A stretch of DNA of 62,833 nt, filler included. It is 4 parts of 4 records of this genome, joined end to end, with 100 filler letters (N's around TTAATTAATTAA, not from the genome) between each part and the next. Parts side by side here need not be neighbours in the genome. Positions count along the whole stretch, not along the records: positions 1 to 22,878 come from DRR723986_3137; 3 more parts are not named here. One strand, written 5' to 3'. The notes beneath the pieces were generated by a model. It was not told where the DNA came from. It ran no database searches and saw only the letters and a program-made list of their open reading frames with translations. Within the stretch, counting starts at the first letter, position 1. Each line of letters begins with the position of its first letter. Both the position numbers and the translations under genes were made by a program. Below are positions 1 through 9,350 of the stretch, piece by piece.

Positions 1-257
1 GAAGTATCCAGCCGAATATGATTCCTAGGATTACAACGATGCTCCAAATCGCCTCAAGAAGCAACTGCAGCAGTTTTGGTTTGCCCTTTCGCGGATGCTG
101 GGGCTCAGCACCTGATACCGCGTAGGGGTTGGGATCCGAAGCGGACGCACTATCGGATTCTGTGGGATTTCCGCTCATTCCTGGCTACTTGGTTGCTTTC
201 CATAATGCGGGTAGGGCTAGAATGATCATTCGAAATCAATCTACGAAAGCACACTAA

Positions 258-2000
258 ATGATACTCGGCAAGCACTTGAAGATCTCATTATATTTCGCTG
301 CGACTATCTGTTTTACACTGGTCCCAACACTGGCACAAGAATCCCAACAGCAGATCGGAACTTACGACCGGGCCGGACAAATGAAACAGTCCCGCAGCGT
401 CAGCTATGCCCAACATGGGATGGCCGCAACGAGCGACCTTCGCGCGACGCAAGCTGCCGTTGATATCTTGCGAGCTGGCGGCTCAGCCGTTGATGCTGCT
501 ATTGCTGCAAATGCGGTTCTGGGTGTCGTCGAACCAATGAGCTGTGGTATTGGCGGAGACCTGTTCTCGATTCACTGGTCAGCCGAAGACAAGCAGCTTA
601 CTGGCCTTAATGCGAGCGGCCGATCGCCACAATTGGCAACACGGGACGAGTTCGCCAAGCGGGAACTTGATTCGATCCCAATCGATGGCGCTCTGGCGTG
701 GTCGGTTCCAGGATGCGTAGCTGGCTGGGAGGACCTGCACAAGCGTTACGGCAAACTGCCGCTGAGCGACGTCTTGGCACCTGCGATTAAGCTTGCCGAA
801 GAAGGCTTCCCAGTTGCACCGGTGATTGCTGGATACTGGGCAAAGGCGGAAGAAGCATTAGCAGCCACACCTGAGGCGAAGGCTACATTCTTGATCAACG
901 GCAAGGCGCCCAAGGAAGGCGATCTCTTCAAGAATCCGCGGCTAGCGACAACCTATCGAATGCTCGCCGAACAAGGGGCGAAGGCATTCTACACAGGCAA
1001 GATCGCGGCGGAGATTGACCGTTACAGCCGCTCTCAGCCGGACGGATTGCTTCGCGCAAGTGATCTTGCCGCTCACAAGAACACTTGGGTGAATCCCGTG
1101 AGCACAAACTACCGCGGGTACGATATTTGGGAACTGCCACCGAATGGACAAGGCATTGCCGCTCTTCAGATTCTGAACATGATCGAACCATACGACGTGC
1201 GCTCCATGGGCTGGGGCTCGCCCGAGTTGGCTCACTTGTTCGTCGAAGCGAAGAAGCTGGCTTTTGCTGATCGTGCAAAATTCTATGCCGACATGAGCAT
1301 GGCGGACGTCCCACTCGATGAACTGATCAGCAAAGACTACGCCAACAAGCGACGCAAGTTGATCAATCCCGACAAAGCTCTCGTTGGTGTTCCAGCCGGT
1401 GATCCTCAGTTGACCCACGGTGACACTATTTATCTTTGCGTCGTCGACAAGGATCGAAACTGTTGTTCGCTGATCCAGAGCAACTATTATGGATTCGGAA
1501 GCAAACTGGTTGCGGGTGATCTTGGTTTTGCCCTACAAAACCGCGGCGCACTGTTTTCGCTGGATCCAGAGCACCTGAATACACTCGAGCCTGGAAAGAG
1601 ACCGTTCCACACGATCATTCCGGCCATGGTAACCAAAGACGATCGACCAGAATTGGTATTCGGTGTCATGGGAGGCGACATGCAACCCCAGGGTCATGCA
1701 CAAGTCCTAATGAACTGGATCGATTTTGGAATGAACATCCAAATGGCGGGCGACGCTGCTCGAATCCGTCACGACGGTAGCGCAACGCCGACCGGAGTCG
1801 CGGAAGGAGAGGCGGGTGGAACGGTACTGCTTGAGTCCGGTATTCCGCAGCCAACTGTCGAGGCTTTGAGAGTGAAAGGGCATGTCGTTGACACCGGAGG
1901 TAGCTTTGGTGGTTACCAAGCGATCCGAATTGATTGGGACAGGGGCATTCTCCAGGGCGCAACTGAAGCCCGAAAAGATGGTGCAGCACTTGGTTATTGA
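258..2000 (+). CDS. ggt: Gamma-glutamyltransferase (Ntn hydrolase), exported
   Basis: 580-aa ORF with signal peptide; motifs GGSAVDAAIA, EPMSCGIGGD, autocleavage site GD|TIYLCVVD, PGKRPFHTIIP, GVMGGDMQPQG. Confidence 0.95.
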   Translation: MILGKHLKISLYFAATICFTLVPTLAQESQQQIGTYDRAGQMKQSRSVSYAQHGMAATSDLRATQAAVDILRAGGSAVDAAIAANAVLGVVEPMSCGIGGDLFSIHWSAEDKQLTGLNASGRSPQLATRDEFAKRELDSIPIDGALAWSVPGCVAGWEDLHKRYGKLPLSDVLAPAIKLAEEGFPVAPVIAGYWAKAEEALAATPEAKATFLINGKAPKEGDLFKNPRLATTYRMLAEQGAKAFYTGKIAAEIDRYSRSQPDGLLRASDLAAHKNTWVNPVSTNYRGYDIWELPPNGQGIAALQILNMIEPYDVRSMGWGSPELAHLFVEAKKLAFADRAKFYADMSMADVPLDELISKDYANKRRKLINPDKALVGVPAGDPQLTHGDTIYLCVVDKDRNCCSLIQSNYYGFGSKLVAGDLGFALQNRGALFSLDPEHLNTLEPGKRPFHTIIPAMVTKDDRPELVFGVMGGDMQPQGHAQVLMNWIDFGMNIQMAGDAARIRHDGSATPTGVAEGEAGGTVLLESGIPQPTVEALRVKGHVVDTGGSFGGYQAIRIDWDRGILQGATEARKDGAALGY

Positions 2001-2237
2001 ATGATGAAGCGACTACTACTCATTTTCGCAGCGATTGGCTTTGTGTGGCTGGGCGGGCGTCCCGCCAACCAGTGCAAGTCCTGCATCGAGCCAGCCGTGA
2101 CAAAGAGTCCACCGGGAAAATCCGATGGGCCGGTGGATCTATTCGGGTTGGAATTTCACTGTAATGATTCAGCGACATGCGATCACCCAGATCAATGTCA
2201 TCGACTCGTCTCACTCGACGAGCAGCCTTTCAATTAG
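2001..2237 (+). CDS. Small putative exported Cys/His-rich hypothetical protein
   Basis: Starts immediately after the ggt stop and fills the gap to the convergent gene; basic-hydrophobic N-terminus MMKRLLLIFAAIGFVWLGG. Confidence 0.45.
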   Translation: MMKRLLLIFAAIGFVWLGGRPANQCKSCIEPAVTKSPPGKSDGPVDLFGLEFHCNDSATCDHPDQCHRLVSLDEQPFN

Positions 2238-2239
2238 AA

Positions 2240-2854
2240 TCATGAATCTGATCGATAGCGGTCGTGGAGCCCGAGGCCTTCAAGGATCATCGGGACAATT
2301 TTCTCAATGCGACGCACCTTCGTGTCCGCCCGCTTGGCTTCAGAAATGTATCCGCAATAGTCTTTGCGTTTGCCCGGAGTCAGGGCATCAAACTTCCTTC
2401 TAAGCTGAGCGTCGCCGTCCAGGGCGGAGGCAAGCTCGGGTGGAACCACAACGCTCCTGGACGCCTTGGCTGGCTTCAGCGTCTCACCACGCTGGACAAC
2501 CGCAATAGCCTCCTTCACATACTGCTTAATTATCCTGGGCTTGATATCCGCAGCAGAATTCATCCGCCACTGCCGAAGCGCCTTGGTCTTGCCCGTTTGT
2601 GCGTTGACCAGCACTGAAGCTGGATCCGGCATCTTCGCACCATCGAAGAACCAGAGTCCAAAATAACTCTTAAATGCACCTAACCCAACGACGTTGGTTC
2701 CTTCATAGGTGTAGCAGGGCAACGACCATTTGACCGTTTCCGTAAGCGTGGTCTTCAACAACACCTCGCGGAGCTTAGCAACCTCGTCCGGAAAATGCTG
2801 GTTGTCCCCCAAGTACTCTTCGACAGAGCCAAATCGCTTCATCGGCATGATCAC
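2240..2854 (-). CDS. DUF1801 / YdeI-OmpD-associated family protein
   Basis: ETVKWSLPCY, FGLWFFDGA, LVNAQ-GKTKALRQWR, C-terminal FDALTPGKRKDY...AKRADTKVRRIEK, GLGLHDRY. Confidence 0.85.
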   Translation of the reverse strand: MIMPMKRFGSVEEYLGDNQHFPDEVAKLREVLLKTTLTETVKWSLPCYTYEGTNVVGLGAFKSYFGLWFFDGAKMPDPASVLVNAQTGKTKALRQWRMNSAADIKPRIIKQYVKEAIAVVQRGETLKPAKASRSVVVPPELASALDGDAQLRRKFDALTPGKRKDYCGYISEAKRADTKVRRIEKIVPMILEGLGLHDRYRSDS

Positions 2855-2866
2855 TCTCCGGTTAGC

Positions 2867-3748
2867 TTACTTCCGCCACAGCCATCGAAGCGAGTCCGGC
2901 AGAATCGCACCGCCATGGGCACCATTGTGTCCACCATCGCCGTAAACAAACTTGTAATCGTATTCGCGAAACTTCAACGAAGCGGCCATCTCTTGATTTG
3001 CCAAAGGCCAATTTCCGTGACGATTGTCCAGATCGCCGGAACCATCTTGTAAGAACACCCGGATGGGACGCTTGTCTTCTTTGCGAATCAAAGCTTCACA
3101 ATTGTTTCCACCACGAATATTCACAAAACTACCAACGTGACTCAGCACTTTGCGAAACGCGTCAGGTCGGTACCAAGCCACGTTCCAGGCGCAGATGCCG
3201 CCTGAGCTGATCCCGCAGATTGCGCGTTGGTCGGGATCGTCCGTCAAGTTGTAGTCCTTGCTCACCTCCGGCAAGATCTCCTCCATCAGAAACTTTGCAT
3301 ACTGATCCGAGAGCGTGTCATATTCAAAACTTCGGTTGCTAGGCGTTGGCTTCCAACCACGCTTCTCTGGCAACGGGTTCTTGCTTCCTGGATCGATGAA
3401 AATTCCAATCGTCACGGGCATAGCACCTTCGTGAATCAGGTTGTCCATCACGGTCGTAGCGCGAAACTGACCATTCGGATCGGCATAAGCATGGCCATCC
3501 TGAAAAACCATCACAGCGGCCGGCTTGGCCTTGTCGTACTGCGCAGGGACGTAAACGCTGTACCGTCGCTGCGTGCCTTTAAAAATCTGACTCTCCCACT
3601 GGTGCTCGGTCACAACGCCTTTTGGCACACCCGGCTTAACCATAGAATCGGGGCCGAGTTTGTATTGGCTATCATCGAAGGCGAGTGTCGGGCTGCAAAT
3701 CGCCAGAGCGGAGGAGAACGCGAGAGCCATATTGAGAATTTTTGTCAC
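2867..3748 (-). CDS. Exported alpha/beta-hydrolase, enterochelin esterase (Fes)-like
   Basis: Signal peptide; VYVPAQY, VFQDG, NRSFEYD, nucleophile elbow GISSGG, GGHNGAHGG. Confidence 0.85.
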   Translation of the reverse strand: MTKILNMALAFSSALAICSPTLAFDDSQYKLGPDSMVKPGVPKGVVTEHQWESQIFKGTQRRYSVYVPAQYDKAKPAAVMVFQDGHAYADPNGQFRATTVMDNLIHEGAMPVTIGIFIDPGSKNPLPEKRGWKPTPSNRSFEYDTLSDQYAKFLMEEILPEVSKDYNLTDDPDQRAICGISSGGICAWNVAWYRPDAFRKVLSHVGSFVNIRGGNNCEALIRKEDKRPIRVFLQDGSGDLDNRHGNWPLANQEMAASLKFREYDYKFVYGDGGHNGAHGGAILPDSLRWLWRK

Positions 3749-3835
3749 TCTGAGACCTTTCTAAGCAAATTTTTGATCAAACCAAGTCTGAGTATATATA
3801 AAGCCACTAGAGAGTGTTCTTGAAGTCCCGCTGAG

Positions 3836-5281
3836 GTGAACCGCATGTCCAACAACGTAGAGCCCAAGATCAGATCGCGGAAAGGCTGTTTGTTCTATTT
3901 CTTGGTTGGGGCTGTCGGCCTCCCACTCTTGATCGTGGTTCTGCTGGTCAGCTTCCTCGGCATGCGGGATATCTCCGCGAAGAACAAACTGAACGAACGC
4001 GTCGAGGCGCTCGAGGCCGCTGGGAAACCATACGACTCACCGTCGATGGCAAAGTACTACGAATCGCTCACCTCGGCCGAGAACACACAGGCCTGGATTG
4101 GCATTCTCGAGGAACTCGACAGTCAAGAGTTTCAGTCGAGCATTCAAGGCGTTCCGATTCTTTCGGCCGATGGTTCCGTACCGCTAGATGCAAACACAAC
4201 TTGGCCAGAAGAGGAAGTTACGCGAAAATTTCTCGAACAGTGGCAACCACTTCACAGTCGTGTCATGCAGGCATCGATTAACGCCGGGCCGGTTCGTTTT
4301 CCGATAGAGTGGAACTCGATTGAGACACTCCTGCCTCAAGCACAGAATATGCGCACCGCAGCTCGCCTGCTTCAGCTACGAGGACAGGTAGCCATTCGAG
4401 ATCGCGATTCCGCCGCGCTTCGACGAAGCCTGGATGCACTTCTCGGTTGCAGCAACGTGCTCAGCGGTGATCCAATTCTGGTTTCGCAACTAGTTTCCGT
4501 CGCCATTGACTCAATAGGTGTTGGCCTTCTCCAACAGGGACTTGAGCAGGGACTGCTTCGCGAGCGGGATCTCGAATACCTGTTGCCAAAGTTTCTTGAA
4601 CGAGCGAGCATCGGCCCACAATGGCAATACAGCATGCACGGCGAACGCGGAATGATGATGCCAATTTTTCGCGGCGGCCCCGAGAGCCAAGATATCCGCG
4701 GAGCAATGGGTCCAGGCCTGCCACCAATCGTAGGCTCACTACCCTTCCGCTCGCGCGACGCTAACACCTACATGGACATTATTGACAAGGCGGTTGCATT
4801 CGAGACTAGCGACATCGACAGGTTTGCAGAAAACCTTGCCGTTCTGGAAGCGGAGATGGAAGAACAGTTCGGGTCAAGAAATGTCTTCGCAATGTTTGAC
4901 TCGGCGCTCACCGGGATGTTAACGCCAGCGCTGAGTGCCGCTGGCAATGCGTTTATTCGTCAAGCTGCTATGCACCGAATTGCATCCCTGGCGATCGCAA
5001 CCAGGCTTTACTACCTGCAGAATGGTCGCTTTCCCGAGGCGCTGGCCGACCTGCAAGCTTACGGGCTGGACCCTGCGGTACTTCGTCCTCGTGGTGGCAA
5101 GCCCTTTGGATACCAGACAGACGAAGCTGGAGCCTTACTTTGGGGATTCAGTCGCTTTAGCGACGACACCTCTGTGCCAGCCGAACCTCCTGCATTCGAC
5201 GCAGAACAAGCCTACGCTGAACAAACAAAGATGTGGGTCTGGCGCGTCGCCCCTAGCCAAGCTGGCGACGAAGAAGACTAG
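3836..5281 (+). CDS. Membrane-anchored hypothetical protein (Planctomycete-type)
   Basis: 481-aa ORF with one N-terminal TM; LLPQAQNMRTAARLL, PILVSQLV and C-terminal LAIATRLYYLQNGRFPEALADL segments. Confidence 0.75.
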   Translation: MNRMSNNVEPKIRSRKGCLFYFLVGAVGLPLLIVVLLVSFLGMRDISAKNKLNERVEALEAAGKPYDSPSMAKYYESLTSAENTQAWIGILEELDSQEFQSSIQGVPILSADGSVPLDANTTWPEEEVTRKFLEQWQPLHSRVMQASINAGPVRFPIEWNSIETLLPQAQNMRTAARLLQLRGQVAIRDRDSAALRRSLDALLGCSNVLSGDPILVSQLVSVAIDSIGVGLLQQGLEQGLLRERDLEYLLPKFLERASIGPQWQYSMHGERGMMMPIFRGGPESQDIRGAMGPGLPPIVGSLPFRSRDANTYMDIIDKAVAFETSDIDRFAENLAVLEAEMEEQFGSRNVFAMFDSALTGMLTPALSAAGNAFIRQAAMHRIASLAIATRLYYLQNGRFPEALADLQAYGLDPAVLRPRGGKPFGYQTDEAGALLWGFSRFSDDTSVPAEPPAFDAEQAYAEQTKMWVWRVAPSQAGDEED

Positions 5282-5305
5282 GCTGCCGGAGCAACTGCTA
5301 ACCGA

Positions 5306-6073
5306 TTAGCCATCAAAGGTCCCAAGCAACGCGTCGTCGTCGACCAAATCAAGTGGCTGATAACCGGGGTGGCGAGACTCTTTGTAAGGGTCGTTCATCT
5401 TTGTGTTGTAGCAACAAATCAACGACCATCGCGGGTTCGGGCTAGTGTTCTGGTCGCTTCTGTGGAGCAAGTTGCCATGGAAGAACAGCGCGTCGCCAGG
5501 CTGCATTTCAACGTGTACGACCTCCATGCGTTCTAAAACGGCTTCGACCCGTTCGGGATCGGCGCCCGTTTGCCCGCCGACTTTCATATGGTTCATTCTT
5601 CCCAGATGATGCGACTGCGGAATGACTTGCAAGCAGCCGTTTTCCCGCGTGCATGAATCGACGGCAATGAAACAACTGCCCATCGTCGGATAGAGACACC
5701 CATAGTCGTACCAATATCCGTAATCCTGATGCCACTCCCATGCACCGCCGATGATTGGCTGCTTCAACATCATCTTGTGGTGATAGTGATAGACTTCGTC
5801 GCCCAGAAACAACGCCATGTTTTCCGCAACTCGGCGCAGGCGGACAATTCGAGAATACGGCTCGTCGCCAAGATCATTACTCAACGAAAGTGTCGTCGTT
5901 CCGCCAGCAGCGTCTGCGCGACTCGTCGCGTTGCTCGCCACTGCAGGATCACTCCGCGCATAATCCCGCAACTTGCCGATTTCGTCGCCCGTCAACAAGC
6001 TCTCCACTACGGCGAATCCTACATCCCTAAACTGCTCAACATCAGACTCGCTTGCTCGATAAAAACTCATCAT
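5306..6073 (-). CDS. Phytanoyl-CoA dioxygenase (PhyH) family Fe(II)/2OG dioxygenase, proline-4-hydroxylase-like
   Basis: HxD...H facial triad (WHQDYGYW, LLHRS), ENGCLQVIPQSH, PGDALFFH, PRWSL. Confidence 0.88.
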   Translation of the reverse strand: MMSFYRASESDVEQFRDVGFAVVESLLTGDEIGKLRDYARSDPAVASNATSRADAAGGTTTLSLSNDLGDEPYSRIVRLRRVAENMALFLGDEVYHYHHKMMLKQPIIGGAWEWHQDYGYWYDYGCLYPTMGSCFIAVDSCTRENGCLQVIPQSHHLGRMNHMKVGGQTGADPERVEAVLERMEVVHVEMQPGDALFFHGNLLHRSDQNTSPNPRWSLICCYNTKMNDPYKESRHPGYQPLDLVDDDALLGTFDG

Positions 6074-6441
6074 CAGATCCTTGCATCGGGGTCCGCGGTC
6101 AGGTCACCAGTGGCGGCATCACCCGTGTTCACCGTACCCTCTCGCTCAAAAATCATTACATGGCACTCTTGCTCGGCGACCGGCCGATGCTCCACACCGC
6201 GCGGCACAACCAACATGTCTCCTTTGCGTAGATCAACCTGACCGTCGCGGAATTCAATGCACATCTCACCCTCAATCACGATGAATGTTTCATCAGTATC
6301 GGCGTGACTATGCCACACAAACTCGCCGAGCAGCTTGGCCAGTCGAAACTGAAACCCTTCTGTTTCCGCCACAATTCGCGGGGACCAATGCTCTTGGATC
6401 AGTTCCAGTTTTTCAGGGATCGACACTTTCTCTGGCGGCAT
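6073..6441 (-). CDS. Cupin domain protein
   Basis: [35 protein letters not shown]; overlaps both neighbours. Confidence 0.9.
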   Translation of the reverse strand: MPPEKVSIPEKLELIQEHWSPRIVAETEGFQFRLAKLLGEFVWHSHADTDETFIVIEGEMCIEFRDGQVDLRKGDMLVVPRGVEHRPVAEQECHVMIFEREGTVNTGDAATGDLTADPDARI

Positions 6442-7144
6442 CTTCTAGACTCTCTCCCATTTGGCTTTGCAAGACTTCATTTCCTACCAATAGCGCAGCC
6501 AGCAAGATGCACGTCAACTGGTAGGCCGTCAATCCGAGCAGCACGACCGGTTCGGGCCGAATCCACTCGGTCATAAATCGGTAAACCAGGTAGCTCAACA
6601 AGTAAAACGTTAGACGCCGACCAACCAGTGCGTGCCGCCGCTCCATGACGACCAGGATTCCGGCGAAGGTCGCATGAAACAGGAATTCATAAACCTGTGT
6701 CGGGTGGCGAAGACTGTTGTCGATGAGCGGAAATCGCACCGCCCAAGGGACGTGGGTCACCGTTCCATAGCAACAACCTGCAACAAAGCAGCCCAATCGC
6801 CCGGTTGCGACCGCGATGGCAACGGGAACGGCGAACTGGTCGCCCGTTCTTTCGCGAATCCCACAAACCCGCTTGGCCAATTCAACTGCAACATAGCCAC
6901 CGAAAATCCCGCCCAGAATTGTCTTGCCATCAGCAAACCAAGCGAACGGAGCCGCCTCGCCTGCCTGAGTAATCCAGAACGGGACCTTGGCCCCCAACAT
7001 CGCGCCAATGAAAGCAGCAAGTCCAATGGCGGTGCGCTGAGACTCGTCAAGCGATGACTTCATCGATCGACTACGCAGTGCCCACATCGCCAGCACCAAA
7101 CCGGAAAGCATGACCAACGGATAAGCAGCACGCCACTCGTTCAC
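6413..7144 (-). CDS. Prolipoprotein diacylglyceryl transferase (Lgt)-family paralogue
   Basis: About 7 [43 protein letters not shown]. Confidence 0.85.
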   Translation of the reverse strand: MNEWRAAYPLVMLSGLVLAMWALRSRSMKSSLDESQRTAIGLAAFIGAMLGAKVPFWITQAGEAAPFAWFADGKTILGGIFGGYVAVELAKRVCGIRERTGDQFAVPVAIAVATGRLGCFVAGCCYGTVTHVPWAVRFPLIDNSLRHPTQVYEFLFHATFAGILVVMERRHALVGRRLTFYLLSYLVYRFMTEWIRPEPVVLLGLTAYQLTCILLAALLVGNEVLQSQMGESLEDAARESVDP

Positions 7145-7159
7145 ATCATCGCTCTCGGA

Positions 7160-8710
7160 TTACTTGCTTGGCACTTCAGACGCGCGGGAGCTCACCTGCA
7201 AACCGGCTGATAACTCGGGCAACGGCACCGTGCCATCTCGATACAGGACGTTGTATGCACAGAACGGAATAATGTGACCACTGGGAAGTACATGATGCGT
7301 ACAACACTTCATAACACGCCGAACATCGAAATTGTAAGCATCCAGGAACGATGTGATCGTCACCCGCAACACGTCTCGCGCGCCCAGTTTTTCCTCAATC
7401 GCTGAAGCAAGAAACTCCGATATCTGGGGCGACTCTTGTCCGCCAGCCCCGTCAAGGATCGGCAACGCACCTGCAGTTTCACTCTCCGTTTGCGGGGTAC
7501 AACACGAGCCGCCTCCGCAGGCTTCCCGGGCCACGATCTGCTCAGCGATACGTCGCACCTGTTCACGCGTAAAACTAATGCCATTGGCCAACAAATCGAG
7601 ATTGTCATTGGCATCCACAAACTTTGTCAGCGGCACAAACGCCTCACCGGCCCTCATCGCCAGACCGATCCAATGACAATTCGGATGAGCGCAAGGCAAC
7701 GGGAAGAAATCGTCTGCATCGAACTGATTTCGATCGTCACTTGCAATGGTGTCGATAACGTCCGGGAAAGTGATTCGATCTTCAAGTTCATCAGGCAGTG
7801 CCGAGCGACCGCTATACGTGGCCGGCTGCAGGCTCAGTCCGGTGATGTGCGGATACTGTGCTGCAAAGTGCAAAAGATCGGCTGGTGCCGAGTTGTTTAC
7901 GCCTCCCTGTAGTGTGGACACGAGAGTGACGTTCAATCCAACGTCGGCCAGATTCTCTAGAGCCTTCAACTTCTGCGGCACCAACCCCGATGCACCACGA
8001 AGTCGTTCGGTCTGAGCGTCGTCCAGGCTATCGAACTGGAAGTAAATCTCAAGCTTCTCTCGGAAGTGAGCCAACTCTCTGGCAAGCTCTACGTCCTTAG
8101 CCAGGCGAAGCCCATTAGTGTTGATCATGACATAATCGATGTCACGATCAAACGCATACTGGACCAGCTCGATTAGGTTGGGATGCAACGTTGGCTCGCC
8201 CCCAGAAAGCTGCACAACCTCTGCCCTACCCTCTGCCTCAACCAGCCGATCGATGGCGGACTTAACCTGATCGACCGACTTGTGCTTCAGACCAGGCGCA
8301 CTAGCCGCGTAGCACATCGGGCATGTCAGGTTGCACGAATCTGTTATCTCGACTACACCGATACAGGTATGCTGCTCATGCTCGCTGCATAAGCCACAAT
8401 CCATCGGACAGCCTTTGTCCACCTGAGCAAAAACTTGCTTCGGTGCTTTCGCCGGCAGTACAGTATCAAGTCGGTCGTATCGCCGCACGTCACTACATAC
8501 AAAATCTTCGCGGGTACCGTGCTTCGGGCATGTCTTGCGAAAGTACACCCGCCCCTGACGATTGATGATTTTCGCTGGTACAACGTCCATGCATTCCGGA
8601 CAAAGACTCTGTGTAAGCCCCAGGAAAGCGTAGCCGCGGAAATTGGCAGTTCGTTGATCAGGAGCGTTCATCGCATTGGGCACCGTTGGACGAAAATTGG
8701 ATCCTGTCAC
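7160..8710 (-). CDS. Radical SAM protein of the MJ0619 / tetraether synthase (Tes, GDGT-MAS) family
   Basis: N-terminal TQSLCPEC...TCPKHG, GCPMDCGLCSEH, radical SAM CNLTCPMC, SGGEPT, NTNG, PCAHPNC, FLDAYNFD..RVMKCC, IPFCAYN. Confidence 0.85.
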   Translation of the reverse strand: MTGSNFRPTVPNAMNAPDQRTANFRGYAFLGLTQSLCPECMDVVPAKIINRQGRVYFRKTCPKHGTREDFVCSDVRRYDRLDTVLPAKAPKQVFAQVDKGCPMDCGLCSEHEQHTCIGVVEITDSCNLTCPMCYAASAPGLKHKSVDQVKSAIDRLVEAEGRAEVVQLSGGEPTLHPNLIELVQYAFDRDIDYVMINTNGLRLAKDVELARELAHFREKLEIYFQFDSLDDAQTERLRGASGLVPQKLKALENLADVGLNVTLVSTLQGGVNNSAPADLLHFAAQYPHITGLSLQPATYSGRSALPDELEDRITFPDVIDTIASDDRNQFDADDFFPLPCAHPNCHWIGLAMRAGEAFVPLTKFVDANDNLDLLANGISFTREQVRRIAEQIVAREACGGGSCCTPQTESETAGALPILDGAGGQESPQISEFLASAIEEKLGARDVLRVTITSFLDAYNFDVRRVMKCCTHHVLPSGHIIPFCAYNVLYRDGTVPLPELSAGLQVSSRASEVPSK

Positions 8711-8734
8711 TGTGACTCGCTGAAGACGCCAGGA

Positions 8735-9244
8735 TCAGAATGGCAAGCGAAGCGAGAGTCTGAATAGGAACAAGTAGGTCAGTAGCCAAACAATTCCACT
8801 GAAGCCGAGAATGATTGCAAATGCGACGTCTTCTGGGCTTCCATTGCTCAGCACAATCATGCTAGTCGGCAGGCAGACGACGACAAATGCAATCCCAGAT
8901 GCGAAGCCGGCGACTAACATGAAAACCCAACTTGTGAACAACAACAGCAGCGGATTGGGCAACTGCGCATTGATGTCAGCGCTGGAAAGCCGCCGCTGTA
9001 GCAATGGGACACGAATCGCAGCAGCAACGATTGCAATCAGTCCCGGCAACGGGAATCCGAACAGGAATGTTCCAGCAACAAAGAGCAATAAGGCAGTCAC
9101 AAGTGCCGCCCAGTAGGCAGCCGTCAATGCGGTACTACCAACGGGCCGCTGAACAACCGATGCATCTGTGGCTGCGAACGGATTGAGCTCACCTCCGTCG
9201 TCGCGCGGAGGCAGGGATTCGGGAATGATTGGTGGTTCGTCCAT
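8735..9244 (-). CDS. Small multi-pass (about 4 TM) membrane protein
   Basis: 169-aa ORF with Pro/acidic N-tail (NPFAA), hydrophobic helices and a single Cys in GIAFVVVCLP; ends 24 nt before the radical SAM start. Confidence 0.75.
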   Translation of the reverse strand: MDEPPIIPESLPPRDDGGELNPFAATDASVVQRPVGSTALTAAYWAALVTALLLFVAGTFLFGFPLPGLIAIVAAAIRVPLLQRRLSSADINAQLPNPLLLLFTSWVFMLVAGFASGIAFVVVCLPTSMIVLSNGSPEDVAFAIILGFSGIVWLLTYLFLFRLSLRLPF

Positions 9245-9350
9245 GACGTCGTCATTTTACGCTGGAGCTGGATCTGCTATGCGTCGCGCGAAGCGCATGG
9301 TGGCTAAACACAGGGAACCTCAAAACAACACGCTACACCACAACAACCCA

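Noticed and set aside
2001-2237. CKSC motif as a c-type cytochrome heme site
   Set aside because: Reads CKSCI, not CxxCH
5306-6073. Ectoine hydroxylase EctD call
   Set aside because: Lacks the EctD signature (WHSDFETWH.EDG) and there are no ectABC genes nearby
7160-8710. MoaA, or the legacy 'hydroxymethylpterin dimethyltransferase' annotation
   Set aside because: The extra N-terminal metal sites and C-terminal motif fit the MJ0619/Tes family; no molybdopterin or methanopterin genes nearby, and MJ0619 has been reassigned to lipid coupling
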